DNA of 15,489 nucleotides from an uncultured Candidatus Saccharibacteria bacterium (GCA_964632775.1 CAZWEN010000011.1:1-15489), one strand, 5' to 3'; numbered from the stretch's first letter, positions 1-6,319 are shown. The notes: generated by a model from the letters alone, not told the origin. Numbers and translations are program-made.

Positions 1-104
1 AGATTAATGGTTTTATACCAATCCATTCCCCCACTGGTAATCAAACTCCCGGCAAGAGCTACCAGAAAAACAATTAATGGAATAATAATATAATTTAACT
101 TCAT
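1..104 (-). CDS. membrane protein, N-terminal fragment (gene runs off the window start); tentatively TspO/MBR-like
   Basis: ATG at 102-104 on the minus strand. Hand translation MKLNYIIIPLIVFLVALAGSLITSGGMDWYKTIN... gives a hydrophobic helix then G-x-x-WY, reminiscent of TspO N-termini. Too truncated to confirm. TGGTAGAAT box lies 6 nt upstream of the ATG. Confidence 0.4.
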   Translation of the reverse strand, partial: MKLNYIIIPLIVFLVALAGSLITSGGMDWYKTIN

Positions 105-107
105 ATT

Positions 108-146
108 TTTATTCTACCAAAAAACCGCTTTCTTGACGATTTAAGA
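108..146 (-). promoter_or_regulatory. degenerate copy of the hairpin/T-run + TGGTAGAAT module, upstream of the truncated membrane gene
   Basis: Minus strand reads atcgtcaagaaagcggTTTTTTGGTAGAATaaaaatATG, with -10 TAGAAT at 116-111 and the ATG at 104-102. The stem is weaker than in the other copies. Confidence 0.45.
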
Positions 147-153
147 TTTTTAT

Positions 154-360
154 CTATTTTTCAAAGAAAAGAGAGATTGCAAATGCTGTGAACCCCGCCC
201 CAAGGCCTACAAACATACCAGCTGGTATGTTGTTTATTGCAAAACCAATTCCAAAACCCAGAAATAATCCTGCGGGAATAAAGAGAGCCCCTTTACCCTT
301 CTTGTCTTTTTTTTCTTTAATTTTTTCTTCTTCCATAAATTTTAAATTTTTAAAAGACAA
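154..360 (-). CDS. small Gly-rich membrane protein (hypothetical)
   Basis: ORF track 68 aa. Lys/Glu-rich N-tail, then hydrophobic Gly-rich segments (ALFIPAGLFLGFGIGF...GMFVGLGAGFTAFAISLFF). The track start at 360 is TTG; the first ATG is at 334-336 (MEEEK...), so the true start may be 336. Confidence 0.55.
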   Translation of the reverse strand: MSFKNLKFMEEEKIKEKKDKKGKGALFIPAGLFLGFGIGFAINNIPAGMFVGLGAGFTAFAISLFFEK

Positions 361-372
361 GACCTTTATATT

Positions 373-446
373 ATTCTACCAAAAAACCGCCTTCTTGGCG
401 ATTTTTTTTCGGGGCTCCCCTGGCTGGACGATGTTAGAACCTGTTT
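373..446 (-). promoter_or_regulatory. intergenic module: conserved 34-nt box + hairpin/T-run + TGGTAGAAT extended -10
   Basis: Minus strand reads aaacaggttctaacatcgtccagccaggggagcc (446-413), then AAAAAAATCGCC-aagaa-GGCGGTTTTTT (409-381), then TGGTAGAAT (-10 at 378-373). Sits between the 78-aa gene stop and the 68-aa gene. Confidence 0.6.
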
Positions 447-456
447 AAAAAAAAGG

Positions 457-693
457 TTATTTTTTTGACTTCTTAACAATATCAATAATGGCAAGAATCA
501 CACCTGTGCCTATTAAGCTATAACCTATTAATCGGTCATCTCCAAAAACAATTCCCGCAATGACAAATAAGAATGCAAGGGCAGCCAGTTTAGAAAGTGG
601 CTTTTGTTCTTTTTTTCTTCCCAGAATTACAACTATCGCAATTATAGCCAGTACAATAATGGATATTAAAATATAAATCTGTGAAGCGTTCAT
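457..693 (-). CDS. small integral membrane protein (hypothetical)
   Basis: ORF track 78 aa. Consecutive hydrophobic helices separated by RKKEQKP, ending in a KKSKK tail. ATG start; followed 10 nt downstream by the conserved 34-nt box and a hairpin/T-run. Confidence 0.6.
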   Translation of the reverse strand: MNASQIYILISIIVLAIIAIVVILGRKKEQKPLSKLAALAFLFVIAGIVFGDDRLIGYSLIGTGVILAIIDIVKKSKK

Positions 694-823
694 AGCAATA
701 TTAAAACCTGTTTTCTTTATTTAATAATAAATCATCCAGCAAAAAATTCAAGACCTAAATGTCGCTTTACATAGATTGCCCGTCTGTTTGAATAAATAAA
801 AATTGTTCAGCGATAGGCTTTTT

Positions 824-857
824 GGCTCCGGGGGATGGAGGATATTAGAATCTATTT
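824..857 (-). repeat. diverged copy of the conserved 34-nt box
   Basis: ggctccgggggatggaggatattagaatctattt matches 413-446 at 26 of 34 positions in an ungapped hand alignment. Starts 9 nt after the stop of the zinc-ribbon gene, the same position relative to a stop codon as the other copies. Confidence 0.5.
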
Positions 858-866
858 AAAAAAATT

Positions 867-1049
867 TTATTTCCCTATTTTTTCTAATTCCTTAAGGGCT
901 TTACAAACCGGGCAATAGCGATGAAAGTTTTTCCTAATGTTCTCTTCTAACTCAGGGGAAAATTTAGATATTTCAATCCAAAGCTCAAACTTAGTTTTGC
1001 AGACAGTACATTCTAATGCAATTTTTCTATAATTTTTGTTGTTATTCAT
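867..1049 (-). CDS. small zinc-ribbon protein (two CxxC pairs), hypothetical
   Basis: 60 aa with CTVC ... CPVC spaced about 30 aa apart. Begins 4 nt after the stop of the upstream DUF5661-like gene, so likely co-transcribed. GGGAGAAG Shine-Dalgarno-like sequence upstream. Confidence 0.6.
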   Translation of the reverse strand: MNNNKNYRKIALECTVCKTKFELWIEISKFSPELEENIRKNFHRYCPVCKALKELEKIGK

Positions 1050-1053
1050 ATTA

Positions 1054-1326
1054 CTATTTCTTCTCCCAATAATCTTCGGCTTCTTTTTCCATTCTATCTA
1101 ATCTTGTGTAGTAATCCGGGAATTCATTTAGATGAGCAAGGGCAATTTTCCCCGTCATTAAAGGATTGTCATCGGTAACATTAGTGTTGGGGTCACGAGT
1201 GCCATGTTCTAATTCTACATCCATTCCCATTCTGAATTGCTCAACATCAAATTTTGACCAATCAATTCCGAGGGTCTCGCCAATTTTTTTGGCTTCTTCG
1301 GTAGTAAAATGTTTTTTGTTTTCCAT
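1054..1326 (-). CDS. DUF5661-like small protein (hypothetical)
   Basis: Motifs MGMDVELEHG and IALAHLNEFPDYYTRL match my recollection of the DUF5661 family. The ORF track extends to 1362, but the ATG at 1324-1326 (MENKK...) has an AGGGAG Shine-Dalgarno 9 nt upstream. A TTGCGT-16-TAGAAT promoter-like pair ends only 2 nt before the 1362 ATG, so the shorter start is preferred. Confidence 0.65.
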   Translation of the reverse strand: MENKKHFTTEEAKKIGETLGIDWSKFDVEQFRMGMDVELEHGTRDPNTNVTDDNPLMTGKIALAHLNEFPDYYTRLDRMEKEAEDYWEKK

Positions 1327-1364
1327 TTTATTTTTCTCCCTTAATCTTTCAGCGCTGGGCATTT

Positions 1365-1392
1365 ATTCTAGAATTAAATAAATATTACGCAA
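1365..1392 (-). promoter_or_regulatory. sigma70-like promoter candidate for the DUF5661-like gene
   Basis: Minus strand reads TTGCGT (1392-1387), a 16-nt spacer, then TAGAAT (1370-1365). The left boundary of the duplication (1371) falls exactly between the two hexamers. Confidence 0.4.
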
Positions 1393-1454
1393 TATTAAAT
1401 GCGACTGAAAGACTTTTTGTTTATTTTTTATTTTCCGGACTTTTAATTTATTGA

Positions 1455-2132
1455 CTAAAAAATTGGTATTTCCAGCATTTGAACACCGGCTGGTAATTCA
1501 AACATACTGTCAGCGATATCACTAAAATCTATATTCTTTAACTCGGCTACTAAAGTGCCTTTGTCGGTAGCCGATTCTATTCTAATAAGTAACCCGTGCT
1601 CTATCCATACCCAGGACTTTGTCTCTTCTGTCTCGGTGGTATATTCGATGACCAGACAGGTCTTTCCATCCAGAATTTCAGTGCCAACAGTCACTGGATT
1701 ATATTTCATAATAGACTCGGATTGTTCTGTCGGAGATTCTCCTGCTGTTTCCTGAGCCTGGCCTAAACTTATTTTCATAGCCGTGTTTTCTGCCGGAAAA
1801 TATATATATGCCAACTGTTCACCCACGTCTACTGAATAGACCATACTCTTCCCTTCAAAAGTCCCTTCCATTCTCATTTTCTCTCCCTTCCGCCACATTG
1901 TTGTTGTAACTGCTGCCTCGCCAGGAGGAGTTACTACCATATCGTACTTTAAAGAGCTAATACCCACTGCCTTTCCCAAAATCGCAGTTAAAGATTCAAC
2001 CTCCTCTTCCTCTTCTTCTTCTTCGCCCAGTGGAACCACGCCTTCTTCTGCTTCTTTCTCTCCGCAGCCAGCGCCAACCAAAACCAAAACAGCTAAAAGT
2101 AAAATTGGAACGAAAACCGCTATTTTGCGCAT
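1455..2132 (-). CDS. secreted lipoprotein, copy A; tentatively LolA-like / lipoprotein-sorting-like fold
   Basis: Signal peptide plus lipobox MRKIAVFVPILLLAVLVLVGAG-C, then a poly-Glu linker (EEEEEEEEV). The C-terminal pattern (ILDGKTCLVIEY...WVWIEHGLLIRIE...FSDIADSMFELP) resembles LolA-like/DUF4367-type beta-sandwich proteins; the fold call is from memory only. G+C is markedly higher than in neighbouring genes. Confidence 0.8.
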   Translation of the reverse strand: MRKIAVFVPILLLAVLVLVGAGCGEKEAEEGVVPLGEEEEEEEEVESLTAILGKAVGISSLKYDMVVTPPGEAAVTTTMWRKGEKMRMEGTFEGKSMVYSVDVGEQLAYIYFPAENTAMKISLGQAQETAGESPTEQSESIMKYNPVTVGTEILDGKTCLVIEYTTETEETKSWVWIEHGLLIRIESATDKGTLVAELKNIDFSDIADSMFELPAGVQMLEIPIF

Positions 2133-2150
2133 ATTTTTATCTTTTAATTT

Positions 2151-2876
2151 TTAATTTTTTCGACCTTTGATTTTTTTAAAAAAATATCGACTTCCTATCG
2201 TTATTATACCAAAGATTATAATCAAAGATAACCACTGAGTCACGGATAAACTAAAATAGTGAGGGTCAGACAAGGGAGTGCCAGTAGAGCGGGTGAAATC
2301 TAAGAAAAATCGAGAAAAAGAATATAAAAACAGAAAAGAAAAAAATAACTGCCCCGGCTTTTTTAGCTTCGGTGTCAAAAACTTTAAAATTAAAAACAGT
2401 ATCAAGGCTGAAATTATTAAATATTCAGCTACCGGATGGCGAATCAGACCATCTGGCCAAATTATTCCCCAGGGTAAGGAGGTTTCTGCCCCCTGATGGT
2501 CATTGATTAAGGAACAGCCAATTCTGCCAATGGCAATGGATATTGGAGCTATAAATGCTGTCAAATCTGCGATTCGCCAAAATAATTTGAAATCAGTTTT
2601 AGTTAACTTAAAATAAAGGATTGCTGCAATTAAAACTCCCAAAAAACCTCCAAGAAAACTTAATCCTCCTTGCCCCAACAACTTTCCCCCAATCATTCCT
2701 CCCAAAAGAATCCAAATGGCCAACTTGTGAATAAAATCTGGTTCAATCCCCAGTTTTTTTGTTTTTTTTAAAACAAAAAGGTAGCCAATTAAAAAAGCTA
2801 GAGCAACAAAAATTCCCCAAGTATAAATAGTAACTGGGCCAATGACAAATTTATCAAAACAAAAATAAGGAATCAT
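2151..2876 (-). CDS. lgt: prolipoprotein diacylglyceryl transferase, copy A
   Basis: 241 aa polytopic membrane protein with Lgt motifs GRIGCSLINDHQG, RHPVAEYL and YSFSRFFLDFTR. Its ATG overlaps the lspA stop (ATGA at 2873-2876). Confidence 0.85.
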   Translation of the reverse strand: MIPYFCFDKFVIGPVTIYTWGIFVALAFLIGYLFVLKKTKKLGIEPDFIHKLAIWILLGGMIGGKLLGQGGLSFLGGFLGVLIAAILYFKLTKTDFKLFWRIADLTAFIAPISIAIGRIGCSLINDHQGAETSLPWGIIWPDGLIRHPVAEYLIISALILFLILKFLTPKLKKPGQLFFSFLFLYSFSRFFLDFTRSTGTPLSDPHYFSLSVTQWLSLIIIFGIITIGSRYFFKKIKGRKN

Positions 2877-3355
2877 TTTTTAAAAAAATTAACCACTAAA
2901 ATTATAATTCCTCCAATAATCATTAGGTCAGCGATATTAAAAATAGAAATGGGAAGAATGAAAATCTTCATCCAATCAATCACGTAGCCGAAAAATATTC
3001 TATCAAAAAAATTGCTCAAGCCACCTAAAATAATTAAAGAAAATCCGGTCGTCAAAAGAAAATCTTTTTTCTGCCAACTCCTGAAAAACAAAAAAAGGAG
3101 CAGCAATAATACTGCCCCGATTAAAAAATAAAGCAAAGTCGAATTAAAGGAAATAAAATATAAATTCGGATTTTTAAATAATTCCAGTTCGATTAAATTC
3201 CCTAAATAGAAATTTGGATGATTTAAAACAAACCATTTACTAAGACGGTCTAAAATTATCAAACTTAAACTGGAAAATATTAAAAACCTTAGACTATGCG
3301 AAGCATTCAAGGTTCTCGCTGAAGGCGGGGTTCTTATTTTGTTTTCCTGTTTCAT
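2873..3355 (-). CDS. lspA: lipoprotein signal peptidase II, copy A
   Basis: 160 aa with LspA motifs DRLSKW, GGLSNFFDRIFFGYVIDW and FNIADLMIIGG (catalytic Asp contexts). Carries an unusual ~24-aa N-terminal tail partly encoded by a dispersed 52-nt element. An in-frame TTG start inside that element is possible. Confidence 0.9.
   Translation of the reverse strand: MKQENKIRTPPSARTLNASHSLRFLIFSSLSLIILDRLSKWFVLNHPNFYLGNLIELELFKNPNLYFISFNSTLLYFLIGAVLLLLLFLFFRSWQKKDFLLTTGFSLIILGGLSNFFDRIFFGYVIDWMKIFILPISIFNIADLMIIGGIIILVVNFFKK
3287..3338 (-). repeat. 52-nt dispersed element, copy in the lspA-A 5' coding region (in frame)
   Basis: Minus-strand reading: aataagaaccccgccttcagcgagaaccttgaatgcttcgcatagtctaagg. 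Encodes IRTPPSARTLNASHSLR. Contains an ATGC-TTC-GCAT hairpin. Homologous to 6915-6968 in the opposite orientation. Confidence 0.75.
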
Positions 3356-3391
3356 TAATTTATATAAGAAATGAGCTCGAAATATTATTTT

Positions 3392-3463
3392 ATCCTACCA
3401 AAAAATCGCCTAACTGACGATTTTTTGCGAGCTCCCCTGGCTGGACGATGTTAGAACCTGTTT
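3392..3463 (-). promoter_or_regulatory. intergenic module: conserved 34-nt box + hairpin/T-run + TGGTAGGAT extended -10 (copy in unit A)
   Basis: Minus strand reads aaacaggttctaacatcgtccagccaggggagc (3463-3431), then the hairpin AAAAAATCGTC-agtta-GGCGATTTTTT (3426-3400), then TGGTAGGAT (-10 at 3397-3392). Nearly the same module occurs at 373-446. Confidence 0.6.
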
Positions 3464-3475
3464 GAGTTCAAAATA

Positions 3476-3513
3476 AAAAGTCCCAAACTTAGATTACTCT
3501 AAGGGGGACTTTT
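3476..3513 (-). terminator. intrinsic terminator of the 62-aa ORF (copy A); the stem contains its stop codon
   Basis: AAAAGTCCC (3476-3484) pairs with GGGACTTTT (3505-3513), and inner CTTAG (3488-3492) pairs with CTAAG (3499-3503). On the minus strand the stem is followed by TTATTTTG. The stop codon at 3499-3501 lies inside the stem. Confidence 0.65.
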
Positions 3514-3687
3514 CTGCCTCCACCTAGCAACTTCTTCTTTATCTAAAAAATGTTTACACTTTGAAGCTAATTCTTCCCAGAGTTTTTCTAATTCATCTAA
3601 ACTTCCAGATCGAGAAAACCTCTTAATCATTTCACCTTGTACGGTTCGGCAAACAATGTAACAGTAACATTGATTACAGCTTCTCAT
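3499..3687 (-). CDS. 62-aa Cys-rich hypothetical protein, copy A
   Basis: MRSCNQCYCYIVC... followed by a helical acidic/basic region. Best Shine-Dalgarno in the window (AAAGGAG, 4 nt before ATG), its own TTGATT-16-TATAAA promoter and its own terminator hairpin. I recognise no family. Confidence 0.6.
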   Translation of the reverse strand: MRSCNQCYCYIVCRTVQGEMIKRFSRSGSLDELEKLWEELASKCKHFLDKEEVARWRQKSPP

Positions 3688-3719
3688 TTTTCTCCTTTCT
3701 TATTAAGAACTAGTTTATA

Positions 3720-3747
3720 TTTATACTCCTTTTTTCAAAAAAATCAA
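3720..3747 (-). promoter_or_regulatory. sigma70-like promoter of the 62-aa ORF (copy A)
   Basis: Minus strand reads TTGATT (3747-3742), a 16-nt spacer, then TATAAA (3725-3720), about 32 nt upstream of the ATG at 3687. Confidence 0.55.
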
Positions 3748-3789
3748 GTCCTCGCCACTACCTCAGTGGCAAAAAATTAAAGGAATAGT

Positions 3790-3820
3790 AAAAAACCGTT
3801 AGTTTCCCTAACGGTTTTTT
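3790..3820. terminator. bidirectional intrinsic terminator hairpin (copy A)
   Basis: AAAAAA-CCGTTAG-tttcc-CTAACGG-TTTTTT: a 7-bp perfect stem flanked by an A-run and a T-run. Lies downstream of lipoprotein copy B on the minus strand. Confidence 0.7.
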
Positions 3821-3954
3821 CTTGTTAATTAAATGTCGCACAGAATGCCCAGTGAGGGGCTTTTGTTTTGGAATTAAACGAACATCACGCAATGTTAAAT
3901 GCGATTGACAGACTTTTTGTTTATTTTTTATTTCCCAGACTTTTAACTTATTGA

Positions 3955-4632
3955 CTAAAAAGTTGGTATTTCCAGCATTTGAACACCAGCTGGTAATTCA
4001 AACATGCTGTCAGGAATAACACTAAAATCTATATTCTTTAACTCGGCTACTAAAATGCCTTCGTCGGTAGTCGATTCTATTCTAATAAGTAATCCGTGCT
4101 CTATCCATACCCAGGACTTTGTCTCTTCTGTCTCGGTGGTGTATTCGATGACCAGACAGGTCTTTCCATCCAGAACTTCAGTGCCAACAGTCACTGGATT
4201 ATATTTCGTAATAGATTCAGATTGTTCTGTCGGAGATTCTCCTGCTGTTTCCTGAGCCTGGCCTAAACTTATTTTCATAGCCGTGTTTTCTGCCGGAAAA
4301 TATATATATGCCAACTGTTCACCCACGTCTACTGAATAGACCATACTCTTCCCTTCAAAAGTCCCTTCCATTCTCATTTTCTCTCCCTTCCGCCACATTG
4401 TTGTTGTAACTGCTGCCTCGCCAGGAGGAGTTACTACCATATCGTACTTTAAAGAGCTAATACCCACTGCCTTTCCCAAAATCGCAGTTAAAGATTCAAC
4501 CTCCTCTTCCTCTTCTTCTTCTTCGCCCAGTGGAACCACGCCTTCTTCTGCTTCTTTCTCTCCGCAGCCAGCGCCAACCAAAACCAAAACAGCTAAAAGT
4601 AAAATTGGAACGAAAACCGCTATTTTGCGCAT
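3955..4632 (-). CDS. secreted lipoprotein, copy B (8 aa substitutions in the last 88 residues vs copy A)
   Basis: Same signal peptide, lipobox and poly-Glu linker as copy A. Differs by M>T, I>V, A>T, K>E, T>I, D>V, A>P and I>T near the C-terminus. Confidence 0.8.
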   Translation of the reverse strand: MRKIAVFVPILLLAVLVLVGAGCGEKEAEEGVVPLGEEEEEEEEVESLTAILGKAVGISSLKYDMVVTPPGEAAVTTTMWRKGEKMRMEGTFEGKSMVYSVDVGEQLAYIYFPAENTAMKISLGQAQETAGESPTEQSESITKYNPVTVGTEVLDGKTCLVIEYTTETEETKSWVWIEHGLLIRIESTTDEGILVAELKNIDFSVIPDSMFELPAGVQMLEIPTF

Positions 4633-4650
4633 ATTTTTATCTTTTAATTT

Positions 4651-5376
4651 TTAATTTTTTCGACCTTTGATTTTTTTAAAAAAATATCGACTTCCTATCG
4701 TTATTATACCAAAGATTATAATCAAAGATAACCACTGAGTCACGGATAAACTAAAATAGTGAGGGTCAGACAAGGGAGTGCCAGTAGAGCGGGTGAAATC
4801 TAAGAAAAATCGAGAAAAAGAATATAAAAACAGAAAAGAAAAAAATAACTGCCCCGGCTTTTTTAGCTTCGGTGTCAAAAACTTTAAAATTAAAAACAGT
4901 ATCAAGGCTGAAATTATTAAATATTCAGCTACCGGATGGCGAATCAGACCATCTGGCCAAATTATTCCCCAGGGTAAGGAGGTTTCTGCCCCCTGATGGT
5001 CATTGATTAAGGAACAGCCAATTCTGCCAATGGCAATGGATATTGGAGCTATAAATGCTGTCAAATCTGCGATTCGCCAAAATAATTTGAAATCAGTTTT
5101 AGTTAACTTAAAATAAAGGATTGCTGCAATTAAAACTCCCAAAAAACCTCCAAGAAAACTTAATCCTCCTTGCCCCAACAACTTTCCCCCAATCATTCCT
5201 CCCAAAAGAATCCAAATGGCCAACTTGTGAATAAAATCTGGTTCAATCCCCAGTTTTTTTGTTTTTTTTAAAACAAAAAGGTAGCCAATTAAAAAAGCTA
5301 GAGCAACAAAAATTCCCCAAGTATAAATAGTAACTGGGCCAATGACAAATTTATCAAAACAAAAATAAGGAATCAT
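4651..5376 (-). CDS. lgt: prolipoprotein diacylglyceryl transferase, copy B
   Basis: Protein identical to copy A, with no nucleotide differences found. Confidence 0.85.
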   Translation of the reverse strand: MIPYFCFDKFVIGPVTIYTWGIFVALAFLIGYLFVLKKTKKLGIEPDFIHKLAIWILLGGMIGGKLLGQGGLSFLGGFLGVLIAAILYFKLTKTDFKLFWRIADLTAFIAPISIAIGRIGCSLINDHQGAETSLPWGIIWPDGLIRHPVAEYLIISALILFLILKFLTPKLKKPGQLFFSFLFLYSFSRFFLDFTRSTGTPLSDPHYFSLSVTQWLSLIIIFGIITIGSRYFFKKIKGRKN

Positions 5377-5855
5377 TTTTTAAAAAAATTAACCACTAAA
5401 ATTATAATTCCTCCAATAATCATTAGGTCAGCGATATTAAAAATAGAAATGGGAAGAATGAAAATCTTCATCCAATCAATCACGTAGCCGAAAAATATTC
5501 TATCAAAAAAATTGCTCAAGCCACCTAAAATAATTAAAGAAAATCCGGTCGTCAAAAGAAAATCTTTTTTCTGCCAACTCCTGAAAAACAAAAAAAGGAG
5601 CAGCAATAATACTGCCCCGATTAAAAAATAAAGCAAAGTCGAATTAAAGGAAATAAAATATAAATTCGGATTTTTAAATAATTCCAGTTCGATTAAATTC
5701 CCTAAATAGAAATTTGGATGATTTAAAACAAACCATTTACTAAGACGGTCTAAAATTATCAAACTTAAACTGGAAAATATTAAAAACCTTAGACTATGCG
5801 AAGCATTCAAGGTTCTCGCTGAAGGCGGGGTTCTTATTTTGTTTTCCTGTTTCAT
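5373..5855 (-). CDS. lspA: lipoprotein signal peptidase II, copy B
   Basis: Protein identical to copy A. ATGA overlap with lgt-B at 5373-5376. Confidence 0.9.
   Translation of the reverse strand: MKQENKIRTPPSARTLNASHSLRFLIFSSLSLIILDRLSKWFVLNHPNFYLGNLIELELFKNPNLYFISFNSTLLYFLIGAVLLLLLFLFFRSWQKKDFLLTTGFSLIILGGLSNFFDRIFFGYVIDWMKIFILPISIFNIADLMIIGGIIILVVNFFKK
5787..5838 (-). repeat. 52-nt dispersed element, copy in the lspA-B 5' coding region
   Basis: Identical to 3287-3338 and part of the duplicated unit. Confidence 0.75.
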
Positions 5856-5891
5856 TAATTTATATAAGAAATGAGCTCGAAATATTATTTT

Positions 5892-5963
5892 ATCCTACCA
5901 AAAAATCGCCTAACTGACGATTTTTTGCGAGCTCCCCTGGCTGGACGATGTTAGAACCTGTTT
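5892..5963 (-). promoter_or_regulatory. intergenic module (box + hairpin/T-run + extended -10), copy in unit B
   Basis: Identical to 3392-3463. Confidence 0.6.
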
Positions 5964-5975
5964 GAGTTCAAAATA

Positions 5976-6013
5976 AAAAGTCCCAAACTTAGATTACTCT
6001 AAGGGGGACTTTT
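5976..6013 (-). terminator. intrinsic terminator of the 62-aa ORF (copy B)
   Basis: Identical to 3476-3513. Confidence 0.65.
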
Positions 6014-6187
6014 CTGCCTCCACCTAGCAACTTCTTCTTTATCTAAAAAATGTTTACACTTTGAAGCTAATTCTTCCCAGAGTTTTTCTAATTCATCTAA
6101 ACTTCCAGATCGAGAAAACCTCTTAATCATTTCACCTTGTACGGTTCGGCAAACAATGTAACAGTAACATTGATTACAGCTTCTCAT
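5999..6187 (-). CDS. 62-aa Cys-rich hypothetical protein, copy B
   Basis: Identical to copy A, including promoter, Shine-Dalgarno and terminator. Confidence 0.6.
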   Translation of the reverse strand: MRSCNQCYCYIVCRTVQGEMIKRFSRSGSLDELEKLWEELASKCKHFLDKEEVARWRQKSPP

Positions 6188-6219
6188 TTTTCTCCTTTCT
6201 TATTAAGAACTAGTTTATA

Positions 6220-6247
6220 TTTATACTCCTTTTTTCAAAAAAATCAA
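6220..6247 (-). promoter_or_regulatory. sigma70-like promoter of the 62-aa ORF (copy B)
   Basis: Identical to 3720-3747. Confidence 0.55.
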
Positions 6248-6289
6248 GTCCTCGCCACTACCTCAGTGGCAAAAAATTAAAGGAATAGT

Positions 6290-6319
6290 AAAAAACCGTT
6301 AGTTTCCCTAACGGTTTTT
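6290..6319. terminator. bidirectional intrinsic terminator hairpin (copy B), downstream of the 150-aa membrane gene
   Basis: Same CCGTTAG/CTAACGG stem as copy A; the T-run is one nt shorter. Confidence 0.7.

Larger units (their letters stand above)
1371..3870. repeat. tandem direct repeat, unit A (2500 nt)
   Basis: Line-by-line comparison with 3871-6372. Positions 1720-3814 showed no differences from 4220-6314. There are 25 substitutions in 1371-1719, and 2 substitutions plus 2 indels in the last ~55 nt. Confidence 0.95.

Noticed and set aside
188-448. Plus-strand ORF of 86 aa antisense to the small membrane-protein gene and running through the intergenic module
   Set aside because: It mirrors the minus-strand gene and a repeat/terminator region, has a low-complexity Pro/Phe/Ile-rich translation and no start signals. 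Judged a shadow ORF.
756-781. Short shared motif TAAATGTCGC...AGAWTGCCC (also at 3830-3850 and 6329-6349; weaker TAAATGCGA at 1396-1404 and 3896-3904) as a regulatory site
   Set aside because: The matches are short, gapped and AT-rich, so I cannot separate them from chance or from remnants of shared intergenic ancestry without genome-wide statistics. Noted only.
694-866. Search for tRNA, rRNA or other structured RNA genes in the longer spacers (694-866, 3688-3954, 6188-6373, 6827-7023, 12422-12484)
   Set aside because: No cloverleaf-compatible arms, T-loop GTTCRANYC motifs or rRNA-like conserved strings were seen. The hairpins present are explained as terminators or as parts of the repeat module.
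1455-1719. Diversity-generating retroelement (template/variable repeat) as the source of the variable lipoprotein C-terminus in the two copies
   Set aside because: The 25 mismatches are transitions in both directions (t/c, c/t, a/g, g/a) plus 3 transversions, not adenine-specific. They extend equally into the non-coding flank. No reverse transcriptase or accessory gene is in the window.
1991-2014. GAA/GAG-rich tract encoding the poly-Glu linker as a slippage-prone phase-variation repeat
   Set aside because: The triplet repeat is imperfect (mixed gaa/gag with interruptions), any slippage would stay in frame, and the tract is identical in both copies. More likely a simple acidic linker.
1166-4996. 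Plus-strand ORFs 1166-1381, 1555-1755, 2278-2496, 4004-4255 and 4778-4996
   Set aside because: All lie antisense within well-supported minus-strand genes (DUF5661-like, lipoprotein, lgt). Their translations are low-complexity with no recognisable motifs. Shadow ORFs.
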